From: Gammaproteobacteria bacterium
GTDB taxonomy: Bacteria; Pseudomonadota; Gammaproteobacteria; JADZEE01
DNA: 64,000 nucleotides
Assembly: GCA_050183625.1 (NCBI GenBank)
Contig: JBFXBD010000006.1
Coordinates: forward strand, 42,653-106,652
Direction: 5' to 3'
Shown here: piece by piece, positions 9,816 to 22,204 of the stretch
Layout: each line of letters opens with the position of its first letter
How positions within the stretch are numbered: the stretch's first letter is position 1
Notes under the pieces: generated by a model
The model's input: the letters and a program-made list of their open reading frames with translations, nothing else
The model's database searches: none
Told to the model about the DNA's origin: nothing
Position numbers and translations under genes: made by a program

Positions 9816-10367
9816 TCACGCGGGACCCGCGGCGGGCGCAGCGGGCATCAGCGGCGAAGTGGCCAGGAAAGCCAGGATGAAATACATCAGTGCCACCGCC
9901 AGCCCGGCCGCGAAGCGCACCGACAGTGCGTGGCGGATGACGTGCGCGGTCACCGCCAGGCCCCAGCCCAGGAACGCGAGCCAGACCAGGGCGATGGTCT
10001 GGCGCGCGATGCCCATTGCCGGCATTCCCAGGGCAAATGGCGCGGCCAGCGCGGTCATCACCAGCCCGGATCCGGCCAGCGCGGTGATCGTCTGCGGGGC
10101 GCGCGCAGCGTGGCCGGCCGCCTGGAGCACGGCGATGGTCAGGCCGACCGTGACTGCCATGTCGACCAGCGCCGCCAGTGCCGCGGTGTGCGCGGGCATC
10201 GCGAACGCATTCACCGCGGCGCTCGCCGCCATGTTGGCCGCGACCGCCATGGCCGCGGCGCCGTTCGAGGCCGGCATGTCCTGCGGCCCCAGGCGCAGGC
10301 GGCAGACGTCGAAGAAAGCCCTCAGGAGCAGCGCCGCGGCGTCCAGGAACGAACCGGCGCCCGTCAT
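9816..10367 (-). CDS. Ala-rich integral membrane protein, function unknown
   Basis: 183 aa, about 5 hydrophobic segments, fills the mpl–ispG gap. The coding status is uncertain. Confidence 0.35.
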   Translation of the reverse strand: MTGAGSFLDAAALLLRAFFDVCRLRLGPQDMPASNGAAAMAVAANMAASAAVNAFAMPAHTAALAALVDMAVTVGLTIAVLQAAGHAARAPQTITALAGSGLVMTALAAPFALGMPAMGIARQTIALVWLAFLGWGLAVTAHVIRHALSVRFAAGLAVALMYFILAFLATSPLMPAAPAAGPA

Positions 10368-10379
10368 CGGCGGCGTGGG

Positions 10380-11618
<1,239 letters not shown>

Positions 11619-11949
11619 GCAGGATTCCCTCGACTGTGCCCGCGTGCTGCGTCGCAACAGCGCAGTCTAGCCAAAGCGCCCCGCCAAGTCATGCCGCCGG
11701 AACGCCCCGGGGCGGCGATGCCGGCGCGGGCGGATGCTGCGATCGATTTCACGGTTCGCGATGCGGCCCGACGGGGATGTGAACGCGTTCACGGCGGCCG
11801 CCCGCGGTGGGAATGTATCGTCCGTCGCACGCATCGAGTCCGATTTCACAGCTCGGCGGTCGCTCCCACCTCCCTCCCCCCGAAACGAGCGATCACCGGG
11901 CTTTTTTTTGCCCGCGCCGCGCCGGGATCGCAACTCCGGGGTGGCAGGC

Positions 11950-12657
11950 TCAGCCCGCTGCCTCCGCCGCATCGCCGGTCTGCTCCAGCCGGTACCCGTG
12001 CTGATAGACGGACGTGAGCTTCCAGCCGCTCTCCGGCGCAATCCCGAGCTTGCTGCGGATGCGGCTGACGTGCGTGTCGACGGTGCGGGTGTTGATGTCC
12101 GGGTTCCGCCCCCAGACGTTCTGCAGGATGTAGCCTCGCGACAGCACCCTGCCGACGTTGCGGAACAGGAACGCGGCCAGTTCGTACTCCTTCTGGGTAA
12201 GATCGATCGCGGCCCCGCCGCGGGTGATCGTGCGGTGCTCCTGGTCGATCACGTAAGGGTCGAGGTCGATGATCGGCTTGGCCTCGTCGGCCTGCAGGGC
12301 GCGCCGGGCGACGGCGCTGATCCGCGCCAGCATCTCGCGCTCGCGCACCGGCTTGGTGATGTAGTCGTCGGCGCCGTGTTCGAGCGCGCGGACGATGTCC
12401 TCCTCGCGATCCATCGTGGTGATGAAGATGATGGGAATGCGCCAGTCCAGGTTCTCGCGGACCCAGTCCAGCACCTCCAGCCCGCTCATTTCCGGCAGCA
12501 GCCAGTCGAGCAGGAGCAGGTCGAAGCTCTCGCGCTTGACCTGGCGCACGAAGGTGCGCCCCGCGTCGAAATGTTCGCAGATGTGGCCGGCGTCGATCAG
12601 CCACTTGCGCAGCAGCCGCGCCTGGTCGATGTCGTCCTCGAGCAGTGCAACTCTCAC
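11950..12657 (-). CDS. OmpR/PhoB-family two-component response regulator (orphan)
   Basis: REC domain (LLLDWLLPEMSGLEV) and a winged-helix output domain (…TVDTHVSRIRSKLG…). No histidine kinase is adjacent. Confidence 0.85.
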   Translation of the reverse strand: MRVALLEDDIDQARLLRKWLIDAGHICEHFDAGRTFVRQVKRESFDLLLLDWLLPEMSGLEVLDWVRENLDWRIPIIFITTMDREEDIVRALEHGADDYITKPVREREMLARISAVARRALQADEAKPIIDLDPYVIDQEHRTITRGGAAIDLTQKEYELAAFLFRNVGRVLSRGYILQNVWGRNPDINTRTVDTHVSRIRSKLGIAPESGWKLTSVYQHGYRLEQTGDAAEAAG

Positions 12658-12791
12658 AACGCCTCCCCCCTGGAATCGTCGATGGATGCCGCGCCGCGGC
12701 TGCCTCCGGCTGCGTTGCCGGCACCGCTCGTCGCTTTGGTATTATGGCCGCAGGGCTCGGTTGACGGGAAGGGTTCGCGAGGCGGCAGGCG

Positions 12792-13187
12792 ATGACAGGC
12801 AGCGATGACGAGTGGCGGGAGAAGCTGACACCGGCAGAATTCGCGGTGTGCCGCGGGCACGGCACCGAACGCGCCTTCACCGGCGAGTACTGGGACAAGA
12901 AGGACGATGGCCTGTACCGATGCCGCTGTTGCGGCGCGGTCCTGTTCGATTCCAGGACCAAGTACGACTCGGGCAGCGGCTGGCCGAGCTTTTGGGCGCC
13001 GGCTGACCCCGCGCGGGTCGGTCGCACCGAGGACTTCAGCCACGGCATGCATCGTATCGAGGTGCATTGCCAGGCCTGCGATTCGCACCTCGGGCATGTG
13101 TTTCCGGACGGCCCGGCGCCTACGAACGAACGCTACTGCATCAATTCCCTCTCGCTGCGCTTCGACTCGGAGCGGGAAGAACGCTGA
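12792..13187 (+). CDS. msrB: Peptide-methionine (R)-S-oxide reductase MsrB
   Basis: SelR/MsrB fold with two CxxC pairs (CRCCG…[12 protein letters not shown]). Confidence 0.9.
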   Translation: MTGSDDEWREKLTPAEFAVCRGHGTERAFTGEYWDKKDDGLYRCRCCGAVLFDSRTKYDSGSGWPSFWAPADPARVGRTEDFSHGMHRIEVHCQACDSHLGHVFPDGPAPTNERYCINSLSLRFDSEREER

Positions 13188-13197
13188 GCGCCCGGCT

Positions 13198-14613
13198 TCA
13201 GCCCGTGGCTGCGGACGATTCCGGCGCCGCGGGATGAAACCAGGCCAGCTTTTCATGTAGCCGCACGACCTCGCCGACGATGAGCAGGCCGGGCGGCCCG
13301 GCGCCCGCGGCCCGCGCGATGGCGGCGATGTCCCCGATGGTTCCGATAAGCACCCGCTGGCGCTCGGTGGTGCCGTGCTCGACGAGGGCGGCGGGCGTTG
13401 CCGGGTCCAGGCCGTGCGTGCACAGATCCCGCCCGATCAGTTCGAGCGCTCCCACACCCATGTAGACGGCCAGCGTCTGGCGCGGTTGCACCAGCGCCGG
13501 CCAGTTGAGATCGAGGCGGCCGTCCTTCACGTGGCCGGTCACGAAAACCACCGACTGGGCGTAATCGCGGTGCGTCAGCGGGATCCCCGCGTAGCTCGCG
13601 CAGCCCGAGGCCGCGGTGATGCCGGGCACGATCTGGAACGCGACGCCCTCGCCCGCCAGGGTTTCGATCTCCTCGCCGCCGCGACCGAAGATGAACGGGT
13701 CGCCGCCCTTCAGGCGCACCACGCGCTTGCCGGCGCGGGCCAGATCGGCGAGCAGGCGGTTGATGTCCTCCTGCCGGACGGTGTGGTGCTCGCGGCGTTT
13801 GCCGACATAAATCCGTTCTGCATCGCGGCGCACGAGGTCCACCAGCGCGGGGTTTACAAGGCGGTCGTAGACCACCACGTCGGCCTGCTGCATGAGACGC
13901 AGTGCACGGAAGGTCAGCAGGTCCGGGTCGCCTGGACCGGCGCCAATCAGGTAGACCTCGCCGTGCGCGGGCAGGCCGGCCGCGGATTCGATCGCCTCGT
14001 CGAGCGCGCGCCGGGCGGCGGCTTCGCGGCCGGCGAAAAGCAACTCGGCGACCGGCCCCTGCAGTACAGTCTCCCAGAACCGGCGGCGCGCGCGCGCGTC
14101 GGGCACCCTGCGTCGCATGCGTTCGCGCAGGTCCGCAGCGAGCGTGGCCAGCCCGCCGTAGGCGGAGGGGATCATGGTCTCCAACCGGGCGCGGAGCAGG
14201 CGGGCGAGCACCGGCGATGCGCCGCCGGTGGAAATCGCGATCTGAACCGGGGCGCGGTCGACGATCGACGGCATGATGAAGGTGCAGGCAGCGGGGTCGT
14301 CGACCACGTTCACCGGGATCCCGCGCGCCCGGGCCGCGTCGGCCAGCGCATGGTTCGCGGCGCGGTCGTCGGTGGCGGCGATGGCCAGACGGCAGCCGTC
14401 CAGGTCGGCGTCCGCGAACGCCCGCGCAAGGTGCGCGATGCGGCCCGTGCGTGCGAGATCGGCGAGTTCCCCGCTCGCCAGCACCGGTGCCACCACGGTG
14501 ACCCGGGCGCCGCTGCGCAACAGGCGATTCACCTTGCGCGCGGCAACCTCACCGCCGCCTGCAATCAGGCACGGGGCGGATTCGACGTGCAGGAAAACGG
14601 GCAGGTGGGACAT
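13198..14613 (-). CDS. cysG: Siroheme synthase (precorrin-2 dehydrogenase / ferrochelatase / uroporphyrinogen-III C-methyltransferase)
   Basis: N-terminal NAD-binding CysG domain and C-terminal SUMT domain (VYLIGAGPGDPDLLT…GGDPFIFGRGGEE). Confidence 0.9.
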   Translation of the reverse strand: MSHLPVFLHVESAPCLIAGGGEVAARKVNRLLRSGARVTVVAPVLASGELADLARTGRIAHLARAFADADLDGCRLAIAATDDRAANHALADAARARGIPVNVVDDPAACTFIMPSIVDRAPVQIAISTGGASPVLARLLRARLETMIPSAYGGLATLAADLRERMRRRVPDARARRRFWETVLQGPVAELLFAGREAAARRALDEAIESAAGLPAHGEVYLIGAGPGDPDLLTFRALRLMQQADVVVYDRLVNPALVDLVRRDAERIYVGKRREHHTVRQEDINRLLADLARAGKRVVRLKGGDPFIFGRGGEEIETLAGEGVAFQIVPGITAASGCASYAGIPLTHRDYAQSVVFVTGHVKDGRLDLNWPALVQPRQTLAVYMGVGALELIGRDLCTHGLDPATPAALVEHGTTERQRVLIGTIGDIAAIARAAGAGPPGLLIVGEVVRLHEKLAWFHPAAPESSAATG

Positions 14614-14673
14614 TCGCGTGCCCCCGTGCGAATCAATGCAGCGCGCGCGCGGGGCGAGTGCGCGCGGGCCGGC

Positions 14674-15762
14674 TCATGTGTTCTCGACGACGATTTTCGG
14701 GAAGCGGGCGCTGAAGTCGCGGGCGCGCAGCGCCACCTTTGCGGCGACCCGGCGCGCGATCTCCACGTACTCGCGCGCGGCGGGCGAATCCGGCTCCACC
14801 GCCACCGTCGGCCGGCCATTGTCGACGCCCTCGCGGATGCGGATGTCCAGCGGCAGCGCGCCAAGCAGGTCCACGCCATACTGGCGCGCCATCGCCGCGC
14901 CGCCGCCGCTGCCGAAGATCGGCTCCTCGTGGCCGCAGTGGCTGCATACGTGGGTGCTCATGTTCTCCACGATGCCCAGCACCGGCACGTTGACCTTCTC
15001 GAACATCTTCAGCGCCTTGCGGGCGTCGAGCAGGGCGATGTCCTGGGGGGTGGTGACGATGATGGCGCCGGTGACCGGGATGCTCTGGCAAAGCGTGAGC
15101 TGGATGTCGCCCGTGCCCGGTGGCAGATCGACGACGAGGTAATCGACGTCCTGCCAGCGCGTGTCGTTCAGGAGTTGGTTGAGCGCGCCGGTGGCCATCG
15201 GCCCGCGCCAGATCATGGGCGTCTCCTCGTCCACGAGGTTGCCGATCGAAATCGCCTGCACGCCGTAGCCGATCATCGGCTCCATGGTCTTGCCGTCGCG
15301 GCTTTCCGGGCGGCCGCCGCAGCCGAGCATGCGCGGCTGGCTGGGGCCGTAGACGTCGGCGTCCAGCAGGCCGGCGCGCGCGCCTTCCTGCTGCAGGGCG
15401 ACGGCGAGATTCACCGCCGTGGTCGACTTGCCAACGCCACCCTTGCCGGAGGCGACCGCGATGATGTTCTTCACGCCCGGCAGCGGCTTGGCACTGCGCT
15501 GCACGGCATGCGCGACGATCCGGGAGGTGACGTCGACCGCGACTTCGCGCGCGCCGCTGCCGGCCGCGACCGCCTCGCGGATGCGCGCGGCCAGGGTGGC
15601 GCCGTAGCGCGCTGACGGAAAGCCGAGTTCGATGCCGATCCGGACCCGGTCGGCATCGATCGCAATCGAGGATACGGCCCTGGCGCTGACGAGATCGGTG
15701 CCGAGGTAGGGATCGGGCAGGGCGGCGAGGATGGCTTCGATACGGGGCTTGTCGATGCTCAT
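14674..15762 (-). CDS. apbC: Fe-S cluster carrier ATPase ApbC/Mrp
   Basis: GKGGVGKSTTAVNLA Walker A and a CxxC pair. Divergent from metG as in enterics. Alternative start at 15786. Confidence 0.9.
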   Translation of the reverse strand: MSIDKPRIEAILAALPDPYLGTDLVSARAVSSIAIDADRVRIGIELGFPSARYGATLAARIREAVAAGSGAREVAVDVTSRIVAHAVQRSAKPLPGVKNIIAVASGKGGVGKSTTAVNLAVALQQEGARAGLLDADVYGPSQPRMLGCGGRPESRDGKTMEPMIGYGVQAISIGNLVDEETPMIWRGPMATGALNQLLNDTRWQDVDYLVVDLPPGTGDIQLTLCQSIPVTGAIIVTTPQDIALLDARKALKMFEKVNVPVLGIVENMSTHVCSHCGHEEPIFGSGGGAAMARQYGVDLLGALPLDIRIREGVDNGRPTVAVEPDSPAAREYVEIARRVAAKVALRARDFSARFPKIVVENT

Positions 15763-15865
15763 GACCGTGTCCTGGCGGGCGCGCACAGGCGCGCGCTGTC
15801 GAAGCGGGGGCGCGCAGTTTACACTATGGAAGCCCGCTCCGCGCGGCGAATACCCTTAAGCCGCC

Positions 15866-17968
15866 ATGACCGATCACCGCCGCAGAATTCTCGTCACCAG
15901 CGCACTGCCGTATGCCAACGGACCGATTCACCTCGGCCATCTGGTCGAGTACATCCAGGCCGATATCTGGGTCCGGTTCCAGAAGCTGCGCGGCCACGAG
16001 TGCTGGTTCGTCTGCGCCGACGACGCACACGGCACGCCGATCATGCTCAAGGCGCAGGCCGAAGGCGTAACACCGGAGGCGTTGATCGCGCGCATCCACG
16101 GCGAGCACCGCGCGGACTTCGACGGATTCCTGGTCGGCTTCGACAACTACCACAGCACGCACTCGCCGGAGAACCGCGCCTGGGCCGAGCGCATCTACCT
16201 GCGCCTGCGCGAAGGCGGCCACATCGAACGGCGCAGCATCCGCCAGGCCTACGATCCGGTGCGGCGGATGTTCCTGCCGGATCGCTTCATCCGCGGCACC
16301 TGCCCGCGCTGCGGCGCGGCCGACCAGTACGGCGATTCGTGCGAGGTCTGCGGCGCCACCTATTCGCCCACCGATCTCGGCAACCCCGTGTCGGTACTGT
16401 CGGGCGTGGCGCCCGTGGAGCGCGAGTCCGAGCATTACTTCTTCCGCCTGGGCGACTTCACCGAAGTCCTGCGTGCCTGGCAGGCGCGCGGCGCGCTGCA
16501 GCCGGAGGTGGTTCACAAGCTCGAGGAATGGTTCGCCGCGGGACTGGCCGACTGGGACATCTCGCGCGATGCCCCGTATTTCGGCTTCGAGATCCCGGAT
16601 GCACCCGGCAAGTATTTCTACGTCTGGCTGGACGCACCAATCGGCTACCTCGGCAGCTTCCAGCACCTGTGCGATCGAACCGGCGTGCGCTTCGACGATT
16701 TCTGGGCACCGGGCGCGGCCGACACCGAGCGCTATCACTTCATCGGCAAGGACATCACCTACTTTCACGCATTGTTCTGGCCGGCGATGCTCGCCGGGGC
16801 GAACCTCGCGCTGCCGGACGCGCTGTTCGTGCACGGCTTCCTGACCGTCGACGGGCAGAAGATGTCCAAGTCGCGCGGAACCTTCATCACCGCGCGCACC
16901 TACCTTGAGCATCTGGATCCGGAACACCTGCGATACTACTTCGCCGCCAAGCTCGGCGCCGGCGTGGTCGACATCGATCTGAACTTCGCCGACTTCGCCG
17001 GGCGAGTGAACGCCGATCTGGTCGGCAAGTACGTCAATATCGCCAGCCGCTGCGCGGCGTTGCTGAACCGTCATTGCGGCAGCCAGCTCGGCACCGCAAT
17101 CGACCCGGCCGGTGCCGAGGTGCTCGGCCGCATGCGGGCGCAGGCCGACGCAATCGCCAGGGCGTACGAGGGCCGTGAGTTCGCCGCCGCGGTGCGTGCG
17201 ATCATGGAACTCGCCGACCAGGCCAACCAGTACATCCAGGCACGTGCGCCGTGGGAAAAGGCCAAGGCGCCGGACGCGCGCGGCGAGTTGCAGGCGATCT
17301 GCGCGGCGGCGCTGAACATGTTCCGGGTGCTGACGATCTACCTCGGGCCGGTGCTGCCGGTGCTGGCCGCGCGCGCCGAGCGGCTGCTGGCGGTGGCTCC
17401 GATGAAATGGTCGGATCTCGGCCTGGATTTGCTCGGGCAGGCCATTTCCGCCTTCGAGCCGCTGACCGCGCGCGTGGATCCCGCCCGCATCGAGGCGATG
17501 ACCGCGGCCAGCCGCGAGACGCTCGGCGCGGCGGGCGCGGCCGCCGTGCCCGCCGCGCAGCCGGCACCCGCGGCGAAGTCCGGTCCGGCCGCGTCGGTGG
17601 TGGCGCCTGCCCGGCCGCCGGCCGGGCAGGATGCGGCGCAGGCGCCGATCGGCATCGAGGACTTCGCACGCATCGATCTGCGCGTCGCGCGCGTGGTCGA
17701 AGCGGGCCCGGTGGAAGGCGCCGACAAGCTGCTGCGCCTGACGCTCGACCTGGGCACCGAACGCCGCAATGTGTTCGCCGGGATCCGCTCCGCGTACGAG
17801 CCCGCCGCACTGGTCGGCCGCCTGGTGGTCGTGGTCGCCAATCTCGCGCCGCGCAAGATGCGTTTCGGCGTGTCCGAGGGCATGGTGCTCGCCGCCGGCC
17901 CGGGCGGATCGGACATCTTCCTGCTCGCCCCCGACAGCGGCGCCGAGCCCGGGATGCAGGTCAAATGA
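15866..17968 (+). CDS. metG: Methionyl-tRNA synthetase
   Basis: [11 protein letters not shown] (HIGH motif), KMSKS, four-Cys zinc knuckle, C-terminal tRNA-binding (EMAP-like) domain. Confidence 0.95.
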   Translation: MTDHRRRILVTSALPYANGPIHLGHLVEYIQADIWVRFQKLRGHECWFVCADDAHGTPIMLKAQAEGVTPEALIARIHGEHRADFDGFLVGFDNYHSTHSPENRAWAERIYLRLREGGHIERRSIRQAYDPVRRMFLPDRFIRGTCPRCGAADQYGDSCEVCGATYSPTDLGNPVSVLSGVAPVERESEHYFFRLGDFTEVLRAWQARGALQPEVVHKLEEWFAAGLADWDISRDAPYFGFEIPDAPGKYFYVWLDAPIGYLGSFQHLCDRTGVRFDDFWAPGAADTERYHFIGKDITYFHALFWPAMLAGANLALPDALFVHGFLTVDGQKMSKSRGTFITARTYLEHLDPEHLRYYFAAKLGAGVVDIDLNFADFAGRVNADLVGKYVNIASRCAALLNRHCGSQLGTAIDPAGAEVLGRMRAQADAIARAYEGREFAAAVRAIMELADQANQYIQARAPWEKAKAPDARGELQAICAAALNMFRVLTIYLGPVLPVLAARAERLLAVAPMKWSDLGLDLLGQAISAFEPLTARVDPARIEAMTAASRETLGAAGAAAVPAAQPAPAAKSGPAASVVAPARPPAGQDAAQAPIGIEDFARIDLRVARVVEAGPVEGADKLLRLTLDLGTERRNVFAGIRSAYEPAALVGRLVVVVANLAPRKMRFGVSEGMVLAAGPGGSDIFLLAPDSGAEPGMQVK

Positions 17969-18001
17969 GGCGCGCCGGGTCCGGCGGCTGAGCGGGCGGC
18001 A

Positions 18002-18577
18002 ATGAGCGGTTCGCTGGCGGCCCTGCTCGCGACGATCTGCGCCGGCAATCTCGTCGTCGATCATCTGCTCGGCATCAGCGCGGTACGGTCGGCCGCGCGG
18101 AACACGGACGCGGCCGATGCGCTGGCGCTCGGCGGCGCGGCCGCGATCCTGGTGACGGCGCTCGGTGGTGCGGCCGCGCAATGGCTGCTGGACCTGGTCG
18201 GGGCGGCCGCGCTCGTGCTTCCGGCCACGATGCTGATGGCGCTGGCGGCGGCGCGTGCGGTCTGCGCGCTCGCGGCTCGCCTGGCGCCGGCGCATGAACC
18301 GTTCGCCGCGCTCGAACTGCTGCTCGCGTTCGATACCGCCGTGCTCGGCGCCGCGTTGCTCGTACAGCACGAAGCCGGCGACTGGTCCGACGCCGCGGCG
18401 ACCGCGATCGGCCTCGCGATCGGCTTCGCGCTCGTCACGCTCGCGCTGGCGGCCCTGAGCCAGAGGCTGCGGGCCGCTCCGGTGCCGGCGGCCTTCGCCG
18501 GGTTGCCGATCGTGCTGCTGACCCTGGCACTCGCAGCGCTGGCCGGCACCGGCTTCCACGGCCTGGGGACGCGCTGA
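18002..18577 (+). CDS. rnfA: Rnf/Rsx electron-transport complex subunit A
   Basis: 191 aa polytopic membrane protein of the RnfA/E family, first gene of the rnf operon. It is diverged and Ala-rich, with LGISAV replacing the usual LGLCP. Confidence 0.7.
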   Translation: MSGSLAALLATICAGNLVVDHLLGISAVRSAARNTDAADALALGGAAAILVTALGGAAAQWLLDLVGAAALVLPATMLMALAAARAVCALAARLAPAHEPFAALELLLAFDTAVLGAALLVQHEAGDWSDAAATAIGLAIGFALVTLALAALSQRLRAAPVPAAFAGLPIVLLTLALAALAGTGFHGLGTR

Positions 18578-19086
18578 TGCTCGCCGGCATCGCGATGATC
18601 GTGCTGGCCGCGGCGGCGCTCGCCTGGCTCGCCGGCGCCGCGCAGGACGGCACGGGGGCGGATTTGGACGACCGCATCGATGCCCTGCTGCCGCAGACCC
18701 AGTGCGGCCAGTGCGGGTTCGGCGGCTGCCGACCCTACGCAGCGGCGATCGGCGCCGGCTTGGCCGGCATCGACCGCTGCCCGCCGGGCGGCGAGCGAAC
18801 GCGGCGCGCGCTGGCACAGTTGCTCGGTGTCGATCCGGTGCCGGGGGCGGTCGCCGGTCCCGGGCCGGTGGTCGCCCGGATCGACGAATCCGCCTGCGTC
18901 GGCTGCGCCAAGTGCATCGCCGCCTGCCCGGTGGATGCCATCGTCGGTGCGCCGCGGCGGATGCACACTGTGATCGAGTCCTGGTGCACGGGATGCGGGC
19001 TGTGCCTGCCGCCATGCCCGACGGACTGTTTCTCTCTCGTGCCCGCCGCGCGCCGCGTGGAACTGCGCCTGCGGGAGCACGCATGA
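18577..19086 (+). CDS. rnfB: Rnf complex subunit B (ferredoxin-like)
   Basis: [10 protein letters not shown]-terminal cluster plus two 4Fe-4S motifs ([24 protein letters not shown]). Confidence 0.9.
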   Translation: MLAGIAMIVLAAAALAWLAGAAQDGTGADLDDRIDALLPQTQCGQCGFGGCRPYAAAIGAGLAGIDRCPPGGERTRRALAQLLGVDPVPGAVAGPGPVVARIDESACVGCAKCIAACPVDAIVGAPRRMHTVIESWCTGCGLCLPPCPTDCFSLVPAARRVELRLREHA

Positions 19087-20504
19087 AGCAGGCGCCGCAC
19101 GGCTTCACCGGCGGTGTCGTGCTGGCCGCGTTCAAGCCGGACGCGGGTGCAATCGAGGATGCCGGCGTGCCGCAAGTGCTGCACCTGCCATTGAACCGGC
19201 ACGTCGGTACGCCGGGTGTCGCCGTCGTGGCGGCCGGCGAACGCGTTGCCCGCTTCCAGGTGATTGCGCGCGCCGGATCATACGTCGGCGTGCCGCTGCA
19301 CGCCCCAACCTCCGGCGTGGTGCTGGCCGCGGGCCCGGAGTCGATCCTCATCCAGGCCGATGGCCTGGACCGCGGCGCGCCGGCGGACCCGATCGATTGG
19401 CCCGTCGCGAGCCCGGCGCAACTGCGCGATGCCATCGGCGCGGCCGGTATCGTAGGCATGGGCGGCGCGGGATTCCCGGCGCGCGTCAAGCTGCGCGAAG
19501 CGGCCGCGCGCGCACCGCGGATGCTGATCGTCAACGCGGTGGAATGCGAGCCCTCGATTGGTTGCGACAGGGCGTTGCTGCGTCACCGCGCGCGCGAAGT
19601 GTTCGATGGCGCCCGGATCCTGGCACGCGCGAGCGGCGCCCCGCGCTGCGTGCTCGCCGTGAAGCAGGGCGACGACGTCCCGCAGGACTCCGGCGGGATC
19701 GAAGTCATCGCCGTGCCCGCGCGCTACCCGGCCGGCGGCGAGAAGCAACTCATCCAGGCACTGTGCGGCATCGAACTCGCCTCCGGTGCGTTGCCGATCG
19801 AGGCCGGGGTGTTGATGCACAATGTCGGCACCGCCGCGGCGGTGTACGCGGCGGTCGTGCGCGGCGAGCCGCTCGTATCGCGCGTGGTGACCGTGGCCGG
19901 CGCGGTGGCGCGCCCCGGGAATTTCCAGGTCCGCATCGGCACGCCGATCGCGTACCTGATCGAGCGCGCCGGTGGTGCGGCCGTCGCGGGCGCACGCATC
20001 CTGTCCGGCGGGCCGATGATGGGCCACCCGGTGGACGACCCAGGCGCCCCGATCGTCGGCACGACCAACGGCGTACTCCTGCTGGCGCCGTCGGCGCCCG
20101 TCGCCGAACAACCCTGCATCCGCTGCGGCCGCTGCATCGAGGTCTGTCCGGTCCAATTGCAGCCGCAGGCCTTGCTCGCGGCCGCACGCGAAGGGAATTT
20201 CGACCGCGCGCAGGATCTGCATCTGTTCGACTGCATCGAATGCGGTTGCTGCGCGTATGTCTGTCCGAGCCGCATTGGCCTGGTGGGCGAGTACCGCGCC
20301 GCGAAGTCGGCCGTCATGCAGGCCGATGCCGCCTGGCGGGCCGCGCAGTCGGCCCGCGCTCGCCACGACGCGCATGAGGTCCGGATCGCCCGTGCGCCGC
20401 CGTCGCCGTCGGCGACTTCGGCCCGCGCGCCGCGCCAGGACTACATCGCCGCGGCCATCGCGCGCGCGCGCCGGGACGGGAACGGCGGGGATTGCCCTCC
20501 ATGA
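19083..20504 (+). CDS. rnfC: Rnf complex subunit C
   Basis: RnfC/NqrF-like NADH-binding fold with 4Fe-4S motifs ([24 protein letters not shown]). Start ATG 19083 overlaps the rnfB stop (ATGA). Confidence 0.9.
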   Translation: MKQAPHGFTGGVVLAAFKPDAGAIEDAGVPQVLHLPLNRHVGTPGVAVVAAGERVARFQVIARAGSYVGVPLHAPTSGVVLAAGPESILIQADGLDRGAPADPIDWPVASPAQLRDAIGAAGIVGMGGAGFPARVKLREAAARAPRMLIVNAVECEPSIGCDRALLRHRAREVFDGARILARASGAPRCVLAVKQGDDVPQDSGGIEVIAVPARYPAGGEKQLIQALCGIELASGALPIEAGVLMHNVGTAAAVYAAVVRGEPLVSRVVTVAGAVARPGNFQVRIGTPIAYLIERAGGAAVAGARILSGGPMMGHPVDDPGAPIVGTTNGVLLLAPSAPVAEQPCIRCGRCIEVCPVQLQPQALLAAAREGNFDRAQDLHLFDCIECGCCAYVCPSRIGLVGEYRAAKSAVMQADAAWRAAQSARARHDAHEVRIARAPPSPSATSARAPRQDYIAAAIARARRDGNGGDCPP

Positions 20505-20541
20505 CGCAATCGCACGCGCGCCGGGCCGGGAGCCGGCGGCG

Positions 20542-21522
20542 ATGACCGGCAACGTGCAATTGCACGACGGCGGCTCCGTGGCCGGATTGATGCGCACGGT
20601 CCTGATCGCGCTGGTACCGGCGGCGGTGGCCGCCGTCGCGTACCGGGGCGTGGGTGCCGCGGTGCAGATTGCCCTGGCGGTGCTCGCGGCGCTCGCGGCC
20701 GAAGCGCTGGCGCTGCGGTTGCGGGGCGTTCCGGTACGGCCCGTTTTGAGCGACGGCAGCGTGCTGCTCACTGCGGTGTTGCTGGCGCTCGCCCTGCCGC
20801 CGGCCGGGCCCTGGTGGCTGGCGCCGGTGGGTACCGCATTCGCGGTGTTGCTGGTGAAGCATGCGTTCGGCGGCCTGGGCGCGAATCTGTTCAACCCGGC
20901 CATGGCCGGAGTCGCGTTGCTGCTCGCGGTGTTCCCGGCGCAGATGAGTCGCTGGCCGGCATCGCCTCCGCAGGCGGGGACGCAGCTCGCGGCCGTGTTC
21001 GGCACCGACGGAGTCGACGCGGTGTCCGGTGCAACCGCGCTGGCACAGGCCAGGACCGCACTGCGCGGCATGCGGATGCTCTCGGAACTGGAACCCGCGC
21101 AGGCCTGGGGCCGCATCGGCGCTGCCGGCGAGGAGTGGGTGAACCTGGCATTCCTGATCGGCGGGTTGTGGCTGCTGTGGCGGCGCGCGATCGGCTGGCG
21201 CATTCCGGCCGGCGTACTCGTCGCGATTGCGGTGCCGGCGGCCCTGGCGCACGGCGCCGATCCGGATCGCTTCCTGCCGGCCATGTTCCACCTGTTCAGC
21301 GGCGCGACCATGGCCGCGGCGTTCTTCATCGCCACCGATCCGGTGACCGCGCCGTCGACGCCGCGGGGCATGCTCGTCTTCGGCGCCGGTGTCGGCGCGT
21401 TGATCTGGTCGCTGCGGACCTGGGGGGCACACCCGGACGGAGTCGCCTTCGCGGTGCTGGCGATGAATGCGCTTGCGCCGCTCATCGAGCGCGGTACCGC
21501 ACCCAGGGTACTGGGGCGATGA
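20542..21522 (+). CDS. rnfD: Rnf complex subunit D
   Basis: RnfD/NqrB family membrane protein (LFNPAMAG…ATDPVT…). Start chosen at MTGNVQL. Confidence 0.85.
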   Translation: MTGNVQLHDGGSVAGLMRTVLIALVPAAVAAVAYRGVGAAVQIALAVLAALAAEALALRLRGVPVRPVLSDGSVLLTAVLLALALPPAGPWWLAPVGTAFAVLLVKHAFGGLGANLFNPAMAGVALLLAVFPAQMSRWPASPPQAGTQLAAVFGTDGVDAVSGATALAQARTALRGMRMLSELEPAQAWGRIGAAGEEWVNLAFLIGGLWLLWRRAIGWRIPAGVLVAIAVPAALAHGADPDRFLPAMFHLFSGATMAAAFFIATDPVTAPSTPRGMLVFGAGVGALIWSLRTWGAHPDGVAFAVLAMNALAPLIERGTAPRVLGR

Positions 21523-22136
21523 CGCCGACGGCGCCGGTGCGCGACCGGGTCGGCATCGCCGCGGTCTGCGCGGCGGCGCTCATCTGCGCCGCGTCGCTCG
21601 CCTGGCTCGATCGGGCGAGCGCCCCCGCACTGGCCGCGAGCCGGGCTCGCGCGCAGTGGCAGGTGCTTGCGATGGTGTTGCCGTCCCTGCGCCCGGGCGA
21701 CGTGCCGGACGGACCGTTTCCGCTTGCCGATCTCGGCTGCGCGGCCGGCGGTCGCCACGGCGCCGCGTGGATCGTCCGCCGTGCGGGTCAGGCCGTCGCC
21801 GTGGTGCTCGATCGGGTCGAGGCAGCGGGATACTCCGGGCCGGTCGCCGTCACCGTCGGCACCGATCCCGAGGGGCGGGTGCTCGCGGTGCGCATCGCCG
21901 GGCACCGCGAGACCGCCGGGCTCGGCGACCGTATCGGCGCAACGCGATGGCTGGATGCTTTCGCCGGCGCGACGATTGCCGATGCCTGGGAGCCGCGCTC
22001 CGCCGGCGGCGATTTCCAGGCACTGTCCGGCGCGACCATCAGTTCGGCCGCGGTGATGCGCGCCAGCGCCGCCGCGCTCGGGTGCCTCCAGCGCGTGCTC
22101 GATCGTCACGCCGTCGGGGACGCGCGCGGGCCGTAG
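21519..22136 (+). CDS. rnfG: Rnf complex subunit G (FMN-binding)
   Basis: RnfG/NqrC family with the covalent-FMN attachment motif SGATIS. Start overlaps the rnfD stop. Confidence 0.85.
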   Translation: MTPTAPVRDRVGIAAVCAAALICAASLAWLDRASAPALAASRARAQWQVLAMVLPSLRPGDVPDGPFPLADLGCAAGGRHGAAWIVRRAGQAVAVVLDRVEAAGYSGPVAVTVGTDPEGRVLAVRIAGHRETAGLGDRIGATRWLDAFAGATIADAWEPRSAGGDFQALSGATISSAAVMRASAAALGCLQRVLDRHAVGDARGP

Positions 22137-22204
22137 AATCGCCGGCGGTTCGCGCCGGTGTCGCTGTGTCAGAATGCCGCCGCGCCGCGCGGAGGGGTGC
22201 CGCC

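Noticed and set aside
11885-11915. Rho-independent terminator (CCGGGC-TTTTTTTT-GCCCG)
   Set aside because: The T-run is the hairpin loop, not a 3' U-tract, on either strand. It sits upstream of ispG rather than at a gene 3' end. It may be a structural element but is not a canonical terminator.
15824-19534. 1236 aa ORF on the minus strand spanning metG–rnfA–rnfB. Similar giants lie at 19278–22322 (1014 aa), 46673–50428 (1251 aa), 35463–38552, 5433–7394, 9684–12017, 13375–15615 and 53751–55421.
   Set aside because: All are antisense to well-supported genes with clear family motifs. They are Arg/Ala/Pro/Gly-rich with no recognisable domains, the typical stop-codon-poor antisense frames of a 70% GC genome.
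22137-22204. Possible hidden rnfE between rnfG and kefB
   Set aside because: The gap is only 68 bp. No RnfE-like (about 230 aa polytopic) ORF exists in any frame between rnfG and kefB.
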